NCBI GenBank assembly: GCA_965203445.1
Contig: OZ241883.1
Coordinates: 1-64,000, forward strand
Reading direction: 5' to 3'
Length of the DNA: 64,000 bases
Source of the DNA: Candidatus Oxydemutator sp.
GTDB taxonomy: Bacteria; Pseudomonadota; Gammaproteobacteria; Poriferisulfidales; Oxydemutatoraceae
In this document: piece after piece, positions 10,247 through 21,159 of the stretch
Position numbering within the stretch: position 1 is the first letter of the stretch
Layout of the letters: the number at the start of each line of letters is the position of its first letter
Translations under genes and position numbers: made by a program
Notes under the pieces: model-generated
Databases searched by the model: none
What the model saw: only the letters and a program-made list of their open reading frames with translations
What the model was told of the DNA's origin: nothing

Positions 10247-11490
10247 GATTCCCCGAGCACTTCGGCCGGGCGCACGCGCGCCGCGCGCCACGCCGGGTAG
10301 ATCGTCGCCAACACCGTCAGCACGAACGCCAGCGCGGCCACCAGCGCGACGTCGGACGCCAGCAACCTCGACGGCACCTCGGTGATAGGATAGACCTCGG
10401 GCGACAGAAATTTGAAGCCGGTGGCGCGCTCGAGCGCGCCGACCAGCGCCTCGAGATGGCTCGCCAGCGCGACGCCGCCGGCGACGCCCAGCACGTTGCC
10501 GAGCAGGCCGACCAGGCAACCCTTGACGATGAAGATCTTCATAATGCGGCGCGGCGCCATACCCATCGTCTTCAGAATCGCCACGTCGGCGCGCTTCTCG
10601 ATGACGACCATGACCAGCATCGAGATGATGTTGAACGCGGCGACCGCGATGATCAGCGTCATCACGATCAGCATCAGCAGTTTTTCCAGCTCGATGGCGC
10701 GAAAGAAATTGGCGTGGCTGCGCGTCCAGTCGACGACCCAGTAGTCGGGGCCGAAGCGCGCGTTCAGGCGGCGCGTCACGCGCGGCGCGTCGAGCAGGTC
10801 GGCCAGCCTGAGGCGCAGGCCGCTGACCGCGCCGTCCGGCAGGTGTGCCAGGCGGCGCGCGTCGTCCAGGTGCAGCAACGCGAGGCTGCGGTCGAACTGC
10901 GACAACCCCGACTCGAACGTGCCGACGACGGTGAAGCGCCTTAGGCGCGGGATGACGCCGGCGGGCGTCACCGTGGTCCTGGGGCTGACGACGGTGACGG
11001 CGTCGCCCGGCGCCACGCCCAGACCGCGCGCCAGCGCCTGGCCGAGGATGAGGCGGTAACGCCCGGCTTCCAGGTCGCCGAGCGAACCGGATTTCATGTG
11101 TCCGGCCACGTCCGACACGCGCCCTTCGATCTCCGGCAGCACGCCGTGCAGGTAGGCGCCGCTGACGCGCCCGCCGTTTTGCAGCATGCCCTGTATCTCG
11201 ACGTGGGGGGCGGCGGCGGCGACGCCGTCCTCGGCCTCTAGCAGGGGCCTGAGCGCGCGCCAATCCCGGTCGCCGTCGGCGAGGCCGCCGACGGTGGCGT
11301 GCGCGACCATGTCGAACATGCGCTCGCGTATCTCCTCCTTGAAGCCGTTCATCACCGACAGCACGGTGATGATCACGGTCGCTCCGACGGCGATGCCCAG
11401 AACCGAGATCAGCGACACGAACGAGATGAAGCGGTTGCGCTTGCGCCCGCGCGTGTAGCGCCAGCCGATGCGGTATTCGACGCCGAACAC
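10243..11490 (-). CDS. Lipoprotein-releasing ABC permease LolC/LolE
   Basis: RYTRGRKRNRFISFVS, VLSVMNGF, VAAFNIIS, YPAWRAARVRPAE. Confidence 0.9.
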   Translation of the reverse strand: MFGVEYRIGWRYTRGRKRNRFISFVSLISVLGIAVGATVIITVLSVMNGFKEEIRERMFDMVAHATVGGLADGDRDWRALRPLLEAEDGVAAAAPHVEIQGMLQNGGRVSGAYLHGVLPEIEGRVSDVAGHMKSGSLGDLEAGRYRLILGQALARGLGVAPGDAVTVVSPRTTVTPAGVIPRLRRFTVVGTFESGLSQFDRSLALLHLDDARRLAHLPDGAVSGLRLRLADLLDAPRVTRRLNARFGPDYWVVDWTRSHANFFRAIELEKLLMLIVMTLIIAVAAFNIISMLVMVVIEKRADVAILKTMGMAPRRIMKIFIVKGCLVGLLGNVLGVAGGVALASHLEALVGALERATGFKFLSPEVYPITEVPSRLLASDVALVAALAFVLTVLATIYPAWRAARVRPAEVLGES

Positions 11491-11494
11491 GGCC

Positions 11495-12529
11495 CTATTC
11501 GGTGACGACCTCGCCGACGTGTACCGTCACGGCGTCGCCGGCGCCCGGCGCGAGCGCGCTCTCGCCGATGAAGTCGCCGGGCTGCGCCGCGGCGCGCCCC
11601 GAGTGCGACACGCGCGCGACTACGCGCAACGAATCGAAGTCGTCGAGCGTCAGCGCCGGCGCCATCGCGTGCTCCCTGCCGAGATAGGCCTCGAGCGGCA
11701 GCTCGCCCACGGTGAAACGACGCACCGCAAGCGGCGCCGGCGGCCCCGACGCGGCCTTGGCGAAGACGAACACGACGGCGTCCGGCGAGGCGCGTGCGCG
11801 CAGCTCGGGATCTATCGAAATCATGACCGCGATGCGGCGTCCCTCGGGCGCCGCGGCGCGCACGGCGTCGTCGCCGACGGCGGAAGCGGCGAGGCGCGCG
11901 CGCGCCGCGGCGATCTGTTCGGCGACCGCGTCGCGCACGCGCGGGTTGTCGCCGCTGCGCTCGTGCAGGCGTTGCCAACGGCGGATCGCCGAAGCGTAGT
12001 CGCCGGCCTGGAAGTTCGCCATGCCGAGCAGCCACAGACCCTTGTCGCCGTCGCCGCCGCCGGCCAGCGCCTGCTCGAGCAATTCCACCGCCGGCGGCTC
12101 GAAGCGCCCGCCGGCTTGCAGGAACAGCGCCTCGGCGTACTCGACCTTGCCCCAATCCTCGAGCGGCGCGCGCGCCGCCGCCTGCTCGTAGGCGCGCACC
12201 GCCCGCGCGTAATCGCCGAGCATCTTGTGCGAACTCGCAAGCAACAGCCAACCGGCGGCGTCGCCCGGATCGCGCTCGAGATCGGCGGCAAGCCGCGCGA
12301 CCAGACGCTCGAAGTCCGGCGGCGCCGTCGCGCCCAGCACCACCTCGCGGTAGCCGCTCGACCAGTGCAGGTAGAGAGCGGCGCTGGCGACGACGACGGA
12401 CACCGCCAGCAACGCCGCGCCCGGCGCCGACCGGGCGCCGTGGCGCGCGAGCAACGGACGCACGAGCCACCACAGCGCCGCACCCCACAGCAGCCCGACG
12501 CCGGCCCAGAACGCCCACAAGGCGCTCAC
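11495..12529 (-). CDS. ccmI: c-type cytochrome biogenesis protein CcmI/CycH (TPR)
   Basis: Two TM helices, TPR region, C-terminal VFVFAKA..PLAV..ARVSHSG..PGD domain; last gene of the ccm operon. Confidence 0.8.
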   Translation of the reverse strand: MSALWAFWAGVGLLWGAALWWLVRPLLARHGARSAPGAALLAVSVVVASAALYLHWSSGYREVVLGATAPPDFERLVARLAADLERDPGDAAGWLLLASSHKMLGDYARAVRAYEQAAARAPLEDWGKVEYAEALFLQAGGRFEPPAVELLEQALAGGGDGDKGLWLLGMANFQAGDYASAIRRWQRLHERSGDNPRVRDAVAEQIAAARARLAASAVGDDAVRAAAPEGRRIAVMISIDPELRARASPDAVVFVFAKAASGPPAPLAVRRFTVGELPLEAYLGREHAMAPALTLDDFDSLRVVARVSHSGRAAAQPGDFIGESALAPGAGDAVTVHVGEVVTE

Positions 12530-13074
12530 GTCCGCCTCCGCGCCGCACGCGCGTCCTCTACGCGCCGGCGCTGCACGACCTGCCAGCGAAACAGCCAGAA
12601 CAAGCCGGCGGCGAGCAACACGAACGGCGCCAGCCACAAGACCCAGGTCGCGGCCTTGAAACGCGGCCTGAACAAGACAAAATCGCCGTAGCGCGCGGTC
12701 ATGAAGTCGACGATCTCGTCGTCGCTTTTGCCGTCTCCGATCATGCGCCGCACTTCGGCGCGCAGGTCGCCGGCGAGCGCCGCGTCGGAATCCGACAACG
12801 ACTGGTTCTGGCACACGAGGCAGCGCAATTCTTTCAGCAGTTCGTAATAGCGCCGCTCGCGTTCGGCCGAGGCGAACGGTGCGGCGACCGCGGCCAGCGA
12901 GGCCGGCGCGGCGTCGGCAAGCGCGACGGGCGCGACGGCGCCCGGCGAGAGCACGAACAGACAGAGCAGCGGCGGCGCGGTCGCCGAGGCGAGACGGGGG
13001 CGGCCGCGGCCGCGGATGACCCGGGCGCGAACGCCGATATTAGTAAGCGGCGGGGGCTTCATCGCCGTCCACAC
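12526..13074 (-). CDS. ccmH: Cytochrome c biogenesis CcmH
   Basis: LRCLVCQNQSL, RYGDFVL. Start codon uncertain. Confidence 0.9.
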   Translation of the reverse strand: MWTAMKPPPLTNIGVRARVIRGRGRPRLASATAPPLLCLFVLSPGAVAPVALADAAPASLAAVAAPFASAERERRYYELLKELRCLVCQNQSLSDSDAALAGDLRAEVRRMIGDGKSDDEIVDFMTARYGDFVLFRPRFKAATWVLWLAPFVLLAAGLFWLFRWQVVQRRRVEDARAARRRT

Positions 13075-13591
13075 GCGAATCCGGCTGCACCAGCAACGGC
13101 AGCACCGCGGCCGCGGCCGCGGCGTCCAACGGGCCTACGTGCTTGTGGCGGATCACGCCGGCGCCGTCTATCACGAACGTCTCGGGCACGCCGTACACCC
13201 CCCAGTCTATGCCGATGCGCCCGCTGTCGTCGAAGACGCTGAACACGTACGGGTCGCCCAAGCGCCGCAGCCAGGCGACGGCGTCTTCGCGCCGATCCTT
13301 GTAGTTGATGCCGTACACCGGCACGCGGTGGTCGGCGGCGAACGCCAGCAACACCGCGTGCTCGTCGCGGCACGCGGCGCACCAGCTGGCCCAGACGTTG
13401 ACCAGCGCCGGCCCCGACAACTGCGCTTCGGCGACGACGCGCGCGGGGTCGTGCACGGTGGCCGCGCTGAACGACGGCATCGGCCGCCCGATCAGCGGCG
13501 ACGGCACGCGCGACGGATCCAGCGTCAGACCGGCCGCCAGCAGCGCGACCAGCAGCGCGAAGCAGAACAAGATCCAGGCGCGGCGGTTCAT
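13040..13591 (-). CDS. ccmG: Thiol:disulfide interchange CcmG/DsbE
   Basis: WASWCAAC, GVYGVPETF. Confidence 0.92.
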   Translation of the reverse strand: MNRRAWILFCFALLVALLAAGLTLDPSRVPSPLIGRPMPSFSAATVHDPARVVAEAQLSGPALVNVWASWCAACRDEHAVLLAFAADHRVPVYGINYKDRREDAVAWLRRLGDPYVFSVFDDSGRIGIDWGVYGVPETFVIDGAGVIRHKHVGPLDAAAAAAVLPLLVQPDSRVDGDEAPAAY

Positions 13592-15510
13592 GCCGCGAGC
13601 CGCGACGGCGCCGCGCGGTAGCGCCGATCCGACGCCGCCAGCGCGCCGCCCAGCGCCATCAGCAGCGCGCCCGACCAGATCCAGCGTATCAGCGGGCGGT
13701 AATAGACGCGCATCTCCCAGCGCCCGTCCTCGACCGTCTCGCCGATCGCAACGTAGAGGTCGCGCAACGGCGTGACGTCCACCGCGGCCTCGGTCATGAC
13801 GTCGGCGCGCACGTTATAGACGCGCCTTTCCGGGTGCAGCACCGCGAGCGGTTCGCCGTCGCCGAACACCGAGACGCGCCCCTGCCTCGACAAATAATTG
13901 GGGCCCCGCCTTTGCGACACGCCTTCGAGCACGAACCGGTAGCCGGCGAGCGCAACCGCCTCGCCGTCGCGCAGCAGCACCATCTTCTCCTGGCTGTAGG
14001 CGCCGCTGAAGGTGACGCCGAAGATGAACAGGGCCAGGCCCGCGTGGGCGGTGCTCATGCCGCAGAACGACAACGACGCGCCGCCGCCCCGGCGCAGGCG
14101 CGCGGCGACGTTCGCCGCGGTCGTCAGCAGCACCCAGGCGCCGGCGGCGACGCCGGCGACGACGCCAGGCGACACGCCGCCCAGCAACGACGGCAACGTC
14201 GCGCCGGCGGCCAGCGCCGCCGCCAGCGGCCAGCGCAGACGCCGCAGCAGCGGCCGCCACGCGGCGCTTTGCCACGGCAGCGCCGGGCCGACGCCGATGG
14301 CCAGCGCCAACAGCAGCATCAGCGGCACGAACACCGCGTTGAAATACGGCGCGCCGACCGAGATCTTGTCCTGACCCAGCGCGTCGAGCGCCAGCGGATA
14401 GAGCGTGCCGATCAGGATCGAGAGCATCGCCACGACGAAAAACACGTTGTTGATCAACAACAGGTTCTCGCGCGACAGCAGATCGAACAGGCCGGCGCCT
14501 CGAATGCGCGGCGCGCGCCACGCGTACAGCGCCAGCGAACCGCCGACCACGACCGCGAGGAACAGCAGGATGAAGACGCCGCGCGACGGGTCGGAGGCGA
14601 ACGCATGCACCGACACCAGGACGCCCGAGCGCACCAGGAAGGTGCCGAGCAGGCTCAGCGAAAACGCGAGGATCGCGAGCAACACGGTCCAACCGCGGAA
14701 CGCGTCGCGCTTCTCGGTCACCGCGAGCGAATGCAACAGCGCGGTGCCGACCAGCCACGGCATGAACGACGCGTTCTCGACCGGATCCCAGAACCACCAG
14801 CCGCCCCACCCCAGCTCGTGGTAGGCCCACCAGCTGCCGAGAGTGATGCCGGCGGTCAGAAACACCCACGCCGCCAGCACCCACGGGCGCGACCAGCGCG
14901 CCCAGCGTTCGTCCAGACGCCCGCCCAACAACGCCGCGACCGCGAACGCGAACGCGACCGAGAAGCCGACGTAACCCATGTAGAGCATCGGCGGGTGGAT
15001 CGTCAGCCCCGGGTCCTGCAACAGCGGATTCAGGTCGCGCCCCGCCGCCGCCGGCGGGAACAGCCGCGCGAACGGGTTCGACGTCGCCAGCGTGAACAGC
15101 ATAAAGCCCGCCGCCAGCAGCCCCATCACCGCGAGCACGCGCGCGGCGAACAACTCGTCCAGCGAGCGGCTGAACAGCGTGACCGCGAAAGTCCAGGCGC
15201 CGAGGATCACGATCCACAAAAGCAGCGAACCCTCGTGCGCACCCCACACGGCGGCCAACTTGTAATAGACCGGCAGCGCCTCGCTCGAGTTGGCCGCGAC
15301 GTAGCTCACCGAGAAGTCATCCTGAAGAAAGGCGGCGCTCAGCGCCGCGTAGGACAGCAGCAGCAGCAGAAATTGCAGGCGCGCCGCCGGCTTCGCCAAG
15401 CCGATCCACGCGGCGACGCCGCGCTGGGCGCCGACCAGCGGCAACGTTCCCTGCGCGACGGCGACGACGAACGCGAGCACCAGCGCGAAATGGCCCAGCT
15501 CGACGATCAT
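13588..15510 (-). CDS. ccmF: Heme lyase CcmF
   Basis: WGGWWFWDPVENASFMPW, SVHAF. Confidence 0.95.
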   Translation of the reverse strand: MIVELGHFALVLAFVVAVAQGTLPLVGAQRGVAAWIGLAKPAARLQFLLLLLSYAALSAAFLQDDFSVSYVAANSSEALPVYYKLAAVWGAHEGSLLLWIVILGAWTFAVTLFSRSLDELFAARVLAVMGLLAAGFMLFTLATSNPFARLFPPAAAGRDLNPLLQDPGLTIHPPMLYMGYVGFSVAFAFAVAALLGGRLDERWARWSRPWVLAAWVFLTAGITLGSWWAYHELGWGGWWFWDPVENASFMPWLVGTALLHSLAVTEKRDAFRGWTVLLAILAFSLSLLGTFLVRSGVLVSVHAFASDPSRGVFILLFLAVVVGGSLALYAWRAPRIRGAGLFDLLSRENLLLINNVFFVVAMLSILIGTLYPLALDALGQDKISVGAPYFNAVFVPLMLLLALAIGVGPALPWQSAAWRPLLRRLRWPLAAALAAGATLPSLLGGVSPGVVAGVAAGAWVLLTTAANVAARLRRGGGASLSFCGMSTAHAGLALFIFGVTFSGAYSQEKMVLLRDGEAVALAGYRFVLEGVSQRRGPNYLSRQGRVSVFGDGEPLAVLHPERRVYNVRADVMTEAAVDVTPLRDLYVAIGETVEDGRWEMRVYYRPLIRWIWSGALLMALGGALAASDRRYRAAPSRLAA

Positions 15511-15947
15511 CGCGCGGGCGTCTCGACGCCGAGCGGCTGCCTGCCGAGCGTTTCGGCGACGCCGGGCGGCATGTAGTTTTCGTCGTGCTTGGCGAGCACG
15601 GTGTCGGCCGTGAACACGCCGTCCTCGCGCAGGCGCCCGGTGGCGACCGCGCCCTGCCCCTCGCCGAACAGGTCGGGCAGCAGGCCGCGATAGACGACGC
15701 GCGTGATCGCGCGGTCGTCGCTCAGCTCGAACGACACCAGGTCGCCGCGCGCGATGCTGCCGGGCACGACCATGCCGCCCAGGTTGAAGGTTCTGCCAAC
15801 GGGCGGTATTTTTTGCGCGACCTGGGCCGGCGTGTAGAAGTACAGCAGATTCTTCTCGAACGAATAGAGCACCAACGACGCGGCCGCGGCGAAACCGACC
15901 AGCAGGATCACGACGAAGGCGAGGCGTTGTCTGCGGCGCGGCGTCAT
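15507..15947 (-). CDS. ccmE: Heme chaperone CcmE
   Basis: LPDLFGEGQG, LAKHDENY; start MTPRRRQRL at 15947. Confidence 0.92.
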   Translation of the reverse strand: MTPRRRQRLAFVVILLVGFAAAASLVLYSFEKNLLYFYTPAQVAQKIPPVGRTFNLGGMVVPGSIARGDLVSFELSDDRAITRVVYRGLLPDLFGEGQGAVATGRLREDGVFTADTVLAKHDENYMPPGVAETLGRQPLGVETPAR

Positions 15948-16126
15948 CGCGCCCTCGCGGCGGCGCGCCGGGCCGCGGCCGCGTCGCCGCGCACCAGGCG
16001 GCGGTGGCGCATCATCGGCAGACACAGATTGGCGGCGAGCACCGCCAAGCCGAGCGCGTACGACGGCCACACGAACCACGCGTAGCCGCCCATGGCGAGC
16101 CACTCCAGCAAGGGCGCCTCAGGCAC
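15944..16126 (-). CDS. ccmD: Heme exporter protein D
   Basis: MGGYAWFVWPSY; lies between ccmC and ccmE. Confidence 0.85.
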   Translation of the reverse strand: MPEAPLLEWLAMGGYAWFVWPSYALGLAVLAANLCLPMMRHRRLVRGDAAAARRAAARAR

Positions 16127-16859
16127 GAGCCGCGATCTCGTCGCGCAGCCACTGCTGGTCCAGGCAGCGTGCGGCGATGGAACTGCGCAGGCGCGCGCAC
16201 AACGCGGTGACGAAATACAGGTTGAACACCAACGCCATGAACAACAGCGGCCACAACATGCTGGAATGCGCCGCCGGCGCGTCGAGGCGCGTCACCGTCG
16301 GCCCCTGGTGCAACGTGTTCCACCAGATGACCGAGTAATGGATGATCGGCACGTTGACGACGCCGACGATAGAGAGCACCGAGGTTGCGCGCGCCGCCTT
16401 GCGGCGGTCGGGGATGGCCGAGTAGAGCGCGATGACCCCGAGATACAGGAACAGCAGGATCAGCTCCGAAGTCAGGCGCGCGTCCCACACCCAGAAGGCG
16501 CCCCACATCGGCTTGCCCCACAACATGCCGGTCGCCAGCGTGATCGCGGTGAACGACGCGCCGACCGGGGCGCACTCGACGTGGATCATCTCGGCCAACT
16601 TGACGCGCCACACCAGCGCCACCGCGCCCGCCGCCGCCATCACCACGTAGACGAACAAAGACATCCACGCGGCCGGCGCGTGGATGAAGAGAATGCGGTA
16701 GGCCTCGCCCTGCTTGTAGTCGGTCGGCGCGAGATACAGTCCCCAGTAGAGTCCGACCGCGAACAGCAGCGCGGTCGCGGCCAGCAGCCACGGCAGCCAC
16801 CGCCCGCACAGGCGGTAACAGGACGGCAGCGACGCGAATTTTGTCGGAATCAGGCGCAT
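16119..16859 (-). CDS. ccmC: Heme exporter protein C
   Basis: WGKPMWGAFWVWDARLT, WWNTLHQ. Confidence 0.95.
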   Translation of the reverse strand: MRLIPTKFASLPSCYRLCGRWLPWLLAATALLFAVGLYWGLYLAPTDYKQGEAYRILFIHAPAAWMSLFVYVVMAAAGAVALVWRVKLAEMIHVECAPVGASFTAITLATGMLWGKPMWGAFWVWDARLTSELILLFLYLGVIALYSAIPDRRKAARATSVLSIVGVVNVPIIHYSVIWWNTLHQGPTVTRLDAPAAHSSMLWPLLFMALVFNLYFVTALCARLRSSIAARCLDQQWLRDEIAARA

Positions 16860-16995
16860 GACGGATGTATCAAAGGGAGCGATTATATAGGCACAAGCGG
16901 CAAGTGCGGGGAAATCCGGGGGCCGGCGTGCGCCCGCGACGAAACGAAGAGCCGGTCAAAAACGCCGACGCAAGCCGGCATCCGGCGACCGTCGC

Positions 16996-17664
16996 TCAAT
17001 CGAGCATCACCCTGAGGGCGGCGGCGACGGCGAGCGGTGCCAGCAGCAGCGTCGTTATCAGCAGCGCACCCAAAATTGCCAGCGCGGCGTCGGCGGGCAA
17101 ATCGGCGACGGCCAGATCCATCGCGTTGGTGCCGAACACCAGCAGCGGCACGTAAAACGGCAACACCAGCAACACCATCAGCAGCTCGCCGCGTCGCAGG
17201 CAACCGGTCAGCGCCGCGCCGACCGCGCCGAGCGCGCTCAACACCGGCGTGCCCAGCGCCAGGCTGGCGGCCACTGCCCACAAGGCTTGCGACGGCACGC
17301 CCAACAGGTAGCCGTAGATCGGCGCCAGCAGCGTGAACGGCAGGCCGGTGGCGCACCAATGCGCGACGATGCGCGCGAGCGCGAGCGGATAGACGCCGTG
17401 CGGCGTGACCAGCCACTGTTCGAGCGAGCCGTCGTCGAAATCCTGCTTGAACGCGCGCTCGAGCGACAGCAGCCCGGCCAGCAGCGCCGCGATCCAAATG
17501 ACGCCGGGCGCAAGCTTTTGCAACACCGCCGGCCTGGCGTCCACGCCGAGCGGAAACAAACCGACGACGACCGTGAAGAACGCGACCGGCATCAGCCAGT
17601 TCGCCTGAACGTGCACGGCCGCCGACAGATCGCGACGCAGCAACGCCAGGAACGCGCTAATCAT
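16996..17664 (-). CDS. ccmB: Heme exporter protein B
   Basis: DFDDGSLEQ, LVLPFYVPLLVFG. Confidence 0.92.
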   Translation of the reverse strand: MISAFLALLRRDLSAAVHVQANWLMPVAFFTVVVGLFPLGVDARPAVLQKLAPGVIWIAALLAGLLSLERAFKQDFDDGSLEQWLVTPHGVYPLALARIVAHWCATGLPFTLLAPIYGYLLGVPSQALWAVAASLALGTPVLSALGAVGAALTGCLRRGELLMVLLVLPFYVPLLVFGTNAMDLAVADLPADAALAILGALLITTLLLAPLAVAAALRVMLD

Positions 17665-18310
17665 GCACGCTCGGGGATACGTGCGCCGCGGCGCCCAGGC
17701 GCACGTGGCGGGCGGCGGCGCGTCCCGGCGGGCGCAACCGGCCGTGCGTCGCGATCACCGCACCGCCGCCGCCTTCCAGGTGCCGCGCGACGTGCCGCTC
17801 GAGCAGCGCGACGCCGTCGCGATCGAGGCCGACGCCCGGCTCGTCGAGCAGCCACAACGACGCGCGCTCGAGCAACAGGCGCGACAACGCCGCGCGGCGC
17901 AGCTGCCCGTGCGACAGTTTTGCGCACGGCACGTGCAGCCACGCGGCGACGCCGAACGCGGCCGCGGCGTCCGCGATTGCGCCGTCGCCGGCGCCGCCGC
18001 CGCGACCCAGCCCCCGATAAAACGACAGGTTCTCGGCGACGGTCAGCTCGTCGCGCAAACCGTGTCGGTGGCCTATATACAGGACCTGCTCGTAGTAACG
18101 CTCGCGATCGCGCGCGGGCGCCAGCCCACGCCAGCGGAAAACACCGCCGTCGGGCGCCGACAAACCGCACAAAATCCGCAACAGCGTAGTCTTGCCGGCG
18201 CCGTTCGCGCCGCTTAGCGCACACCACTCGCCGCCCGGCAACGCCAGCGCAAGGCCGTCGCACAAGGTGCGACCGCCGCGGGAGAAAGTCAGATGATCGA
18301 TTTCCAGCAA
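17657..18310 (-). CDS. ccmA: Heme ABC exporter ATPase
   Basis: GANGAGKTTLLR, YIGH, LWLLDEP. Confidence 0.9.
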   Translation of the reverse strand: MLEIDHLTFSRGGRTLCDGLALALPGGEWCALSGANGAGKTTLLRILCGLSAPDGGVFRWRGLAPARDRERYYEQVLYIGHRHGLRDELTVAENLSFYRGLGRGGGAGDGAIADAAAAFGVAAWLHVPCAKLSHGQLRRAALSRLLLERASLWLLDEPGVGLDRDGVALLERHVARHLEGGGGAVIATHGRLRPPGRAAARHVRLGAAAHVSPSVHD

Positions 18311-18392
18311 TGCGTCGTCCGTGAAATTGGTCGCGGACTTCTTATTCTAACCGCCGCCGCCGGCGACGCGGTGCTATAATCAGCATCCCCCC

Positions 18393-19034
18393 ATGCACGT
18401 CAAATGCAAAGTCGCCCTTTCAGCCGCCGCCTTGATCGCCGTCGGCGTCGTCACCGCCGCGAGTTTTTCCACGGCGCTGGAGGCGACCAACACGACCGAG
18501 TTCTGCACCTCGTGCCACTCGATGCAATGGGTCAAGGCGGAATGGGAGCGATCCGCGCACTACTCGAACGCCAGCGGCGTACGCGCCGAGTGCCACGACT
18601 GCCACGTGCCGCATCCGTTGCCGTCGAAACTCCACGCCAAGCTGATGGCCGCGAAGGACGTATGGCACGAGATCCTGGGCACGATAGACGACCAGGAGAA
18701 ATTCGAGGCGCACCGCTGGACGATGGCCAACCGCGTGTGGCGCAAGATGGAGCAGAGCGATTCGCGGGAATGCAAAAGCTGCCACCAGTTCGAGGCGATG
18801 GACTTCGGCGAACAAGACAAGACCGCGCGTAAGAAACACAAGCGCGCGCACGCCGAAGGCGAAAACTGCATCGAGTGCCACAAGGGCGTCGCGCACAAGA
18901 AGCCGAAAAAACCACGGCGCCGCGCCGACGGGGGCAGCGTCGGACGCCGTGCGCCCTCGCCGCCCCCGATTCACTCAGACCCCTGGCACGTTTTGCACCG
19001 CGGCTCTGGAATCCCGCCGCGTGATGAGGGCTGA
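18393..19034 (+). CDS. NapC/NirT family tetraheme cytochrome c
   Basis: N-terminal TM and four CXXCH (CTSCH, CHDCH, CKSCH, CIECH). Confidence 0.88.
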   Translation: MHVKCKVALSAAALIAVGVVTAASFSTALEATNTTEFCTSCHSMQWVKAEWERSAHYSNASGVRAECHDCHVPHPLPSKLHAKLMAAKDVWHEILGTIDDQEKFEAHRWTMANRVWRKMEQSDSRECKSCHQFEAMDFGEQDKTARKKHKRAHAEGENCIECHKGVAHKKPKKPRRRADGGSVGRRAPSPPPIHSDPWHVLHRGSGIPPRDEG

Positions 19035-19165
19035 TCGCCGAAGCGAAAGCGGTGAAAGCAGAGTGCTATCACACAAGGCATACTCAGCCCGCGAATCCGC
19101 CGTCGGACTTGAGATACCATCCTGTACGTTATACTTGTCCTTTCATCGCTTTACTCGGAGGAACC

Positions 19166-19834
19166 ATGCTTAAGCGACCGTTTCTACACCCCGCGGCATT
19201 GCTCGCGGCCGTGGCCTGCATAGCCCCGGCGCAAGCGGACGTGGCGACGAAGGAAATGCTGACCAACACCTGCATCGCCTGTCACGGGCCGGCGGGCGTC
19301 AGCGCCGGGCCGGCGATTCCGTCGCTCTCCGGCATGACCAAAAACTACTTCGTCGGCGCGATGCTCGCGTATAAATACGACGACAATCCCGAAGGCCTGG
19401 AGAAGGCGCTGGCCGAACTCGAAAAAGACAAGGCGTACGAGGACGCCGAGGCGTACGAACGCTACGGCACGATCATGGGGCGCCTAGCCAAAGGCTACAC
19501 GCTCGAGGAAATCAAGTTGATGGCCGAGGCTTTCGCCGGACAAAAGCCGGCCCTGGTGTCACAATCCTTCGACAAGGCGAAAGTCGAGATGGGCGAAGAG
19601 CTGCACGAGGAGTTCTGCGACAAGTGCCACGCCGACGGCGGCATGTCGCCGGAGGACGACGTCGGCCTGCTGGCCGGGCAGTGGACGCCCTACCTGCAAT
19701 TCACGCTGGCCGATTACCTCGAGGGGCGGCGCAAGATGCCGAAGAAAATGAGGACCAAGCTGAGGGAACTCCACGAGGCCCACGGCATGGCCGGGGTCGA
19801 GAGCCTGCTGGCGTTCTACGCCAGCGCCAGGTGA
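19166..19834 (+). CDS. fccA: Diheme cytochrome c, FccA-like subunit
   Basis: GGAGG RBS, signal peptide, CIACH and CDKCH; directly upstream of the flavoprotein. Confidence 0.75.
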   Translation: MLKRPFLHPAALLAAVACIAPAQADVATKEMLTNTCIACHGPAGVSAGPAIPSLSGMTKNYFVGAMLAYKYDDNPEGLEKALAELEKDKAYEDAEAYERYGTIMGRLAKGYTLEEIKLMAEAFAGQKPALVSQSFDKAKVEMGEELHEEFCDKCHADGGMSPEDDVGLLAGQWTPYLQFTLADYLEGRRKMPKKMRTKLRELHEAHGMAGVESLLAFYASAR

Positions 19835-19857
19835 CACGGAAACTTACCACGGAGACT

Positions 19858-21159
19858 ATGATCATGGTGCGACCTAATCAAAAACTGAACAGAAGAAACT
19901 TCATCAAGAGCGCCGGCGCCGCGACCGCGGCCGCGGGCGTCGCCGGTCTCGGCTTTCCGCGCGTCGCCACCGGCGCAGCCCGCAAAGTCGTCGTCGTCGG
20001 CGGCGGCTCCGCCGGCGCGATCACGGCCAAATACGTCAAGCACATGGACAAGGCGATAGACGTTACCCTGGTCGAGGCCAACGACCACTACTACACCTGC
20101 TTTATGAGCAACGAGGTGATCGGCGGCGAGCGCAAGCTCGACACGTTGCGCTTCGGCTACGACGGTCTCGCCGGGCACGGCGTCAACGTCGTCAAGGCGA
20201 CGGCCACCGGCGTCGACCACAAGAAGAAGACGGTCGCCACCGGCGCCGGCGACGTCGCCTACGACCGCCTGGTGCTGGCGCCCGGCATAGACGTGCGCTG
20301 GAACAAGATCGAAGGCTACGACGAGGCCGCCGCCGAGCGCATGCCGCACGCCTGGAAGGCCGGGGCGCAGACGGCGCTGCTGCAAAAGCAGCTGGCGGCG
20401 ATGCCCGACGGCGGCACCGTCATCATCGCGCCTCCGGCCAACCCGTTCCGGTGTCCGCCGGGGCCGTACGAGCGCGCCTGCCAGGTGGCGCATTACCTGA
20501 AAAAGCACAAGCCCAAATCCAAGGTGCTGGTGATAGACGCCAAAAACAAGTTCTCGAAGCAGAAGCTGTTCGAGCAGGGATGGGAGAGGCGCTACAAAGG
20601 CATGATCGAGTGGATACCGGCCAAGGACAACGGCGGCGGCGTGGTCGCGGTCAACGCCGCCAAGATGACGGTCTCGACCGAAGTCGAGGACTACAAGGGC
20701 GACGTCATCAACGTCATTCCGCCGCAGAAGGCCGGGCGTATCGGGCACGCCTCCGGCTGCGCCGACGACTCGGGCTGGTGTCCGGTGCGCCTGGACACCT
20801 TCGAGTCCACGCGCCACCCCGGCGTGCACGTGATCGGCGACGCCAGCATCGCCACCGGCCTGCCGAAGTCCGGCTACGCCGCCAACTCGGAGGCCAAGGT
20901 GTGCGCGGCGGCCGTGGTCGCGGCGCTGAACGACGACGACATGGGCGCGCCGTCCTACGTCAACACCTGCTACAGCCTGGTCGCGCCCGACTACGGCATA
21001 TCGGTGGCCGCGGTGTATCGCCTGGCCGCCGACATGAGCAGCGTTAAGAAAGTGGCGGGCGGCCTGACGCCGATGGACGCCTCCGACGAGGCGCTCAAAC
21101 GAGAGGTGTATTACGCCCACAGCTGGTTTGAGAACATCGTCGTAGATACCTTCGGTTGA
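19858..21159 (+). CDS. fccB: Flavocytochrome c sulfide dehydrogenase flavoprotein (FccB/SoxF)
   Basis: Tat motif [38 protein letters not shown]. Confidence 0.9.
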   Translation: MIMVRPNQKLNRRNFIKSAGAATAAAGVAGLGFPRVATGAARKVVVVGGGSAGAITAKYVKHMDKAIDVTLVEANDHYYTCFMSNEVIGGERKLDTLRFGYDGLAGHGVNVVKATATGVDHKKKTVATGAGDVAYDRLVLAPGIDVRWNKIEGYDEAAAERMPHAWKAGAQTALLQKQLAAMPDGGTVIIAPPANPFRCPPGPYERACQVAHYLKKHKPKSKVLVIDAKNKFSKQKLFEQGWERRYKGMIEWIPAKDNGGGVVAVNAAKMTVSTEVEDYKGDVINVIPPQKAGRIGHASGCADDSGWCPVRLDTFESTRHPGVHVIGDASIATGLPKSGYAANSEAKVCAAAVVAALNDDDMGAPSYVNTCYSLVAPDYGISVAAVYRLAADMSSVKKVAGGLTPMDASDEALKREVYYAHSWFENIVVDTFG

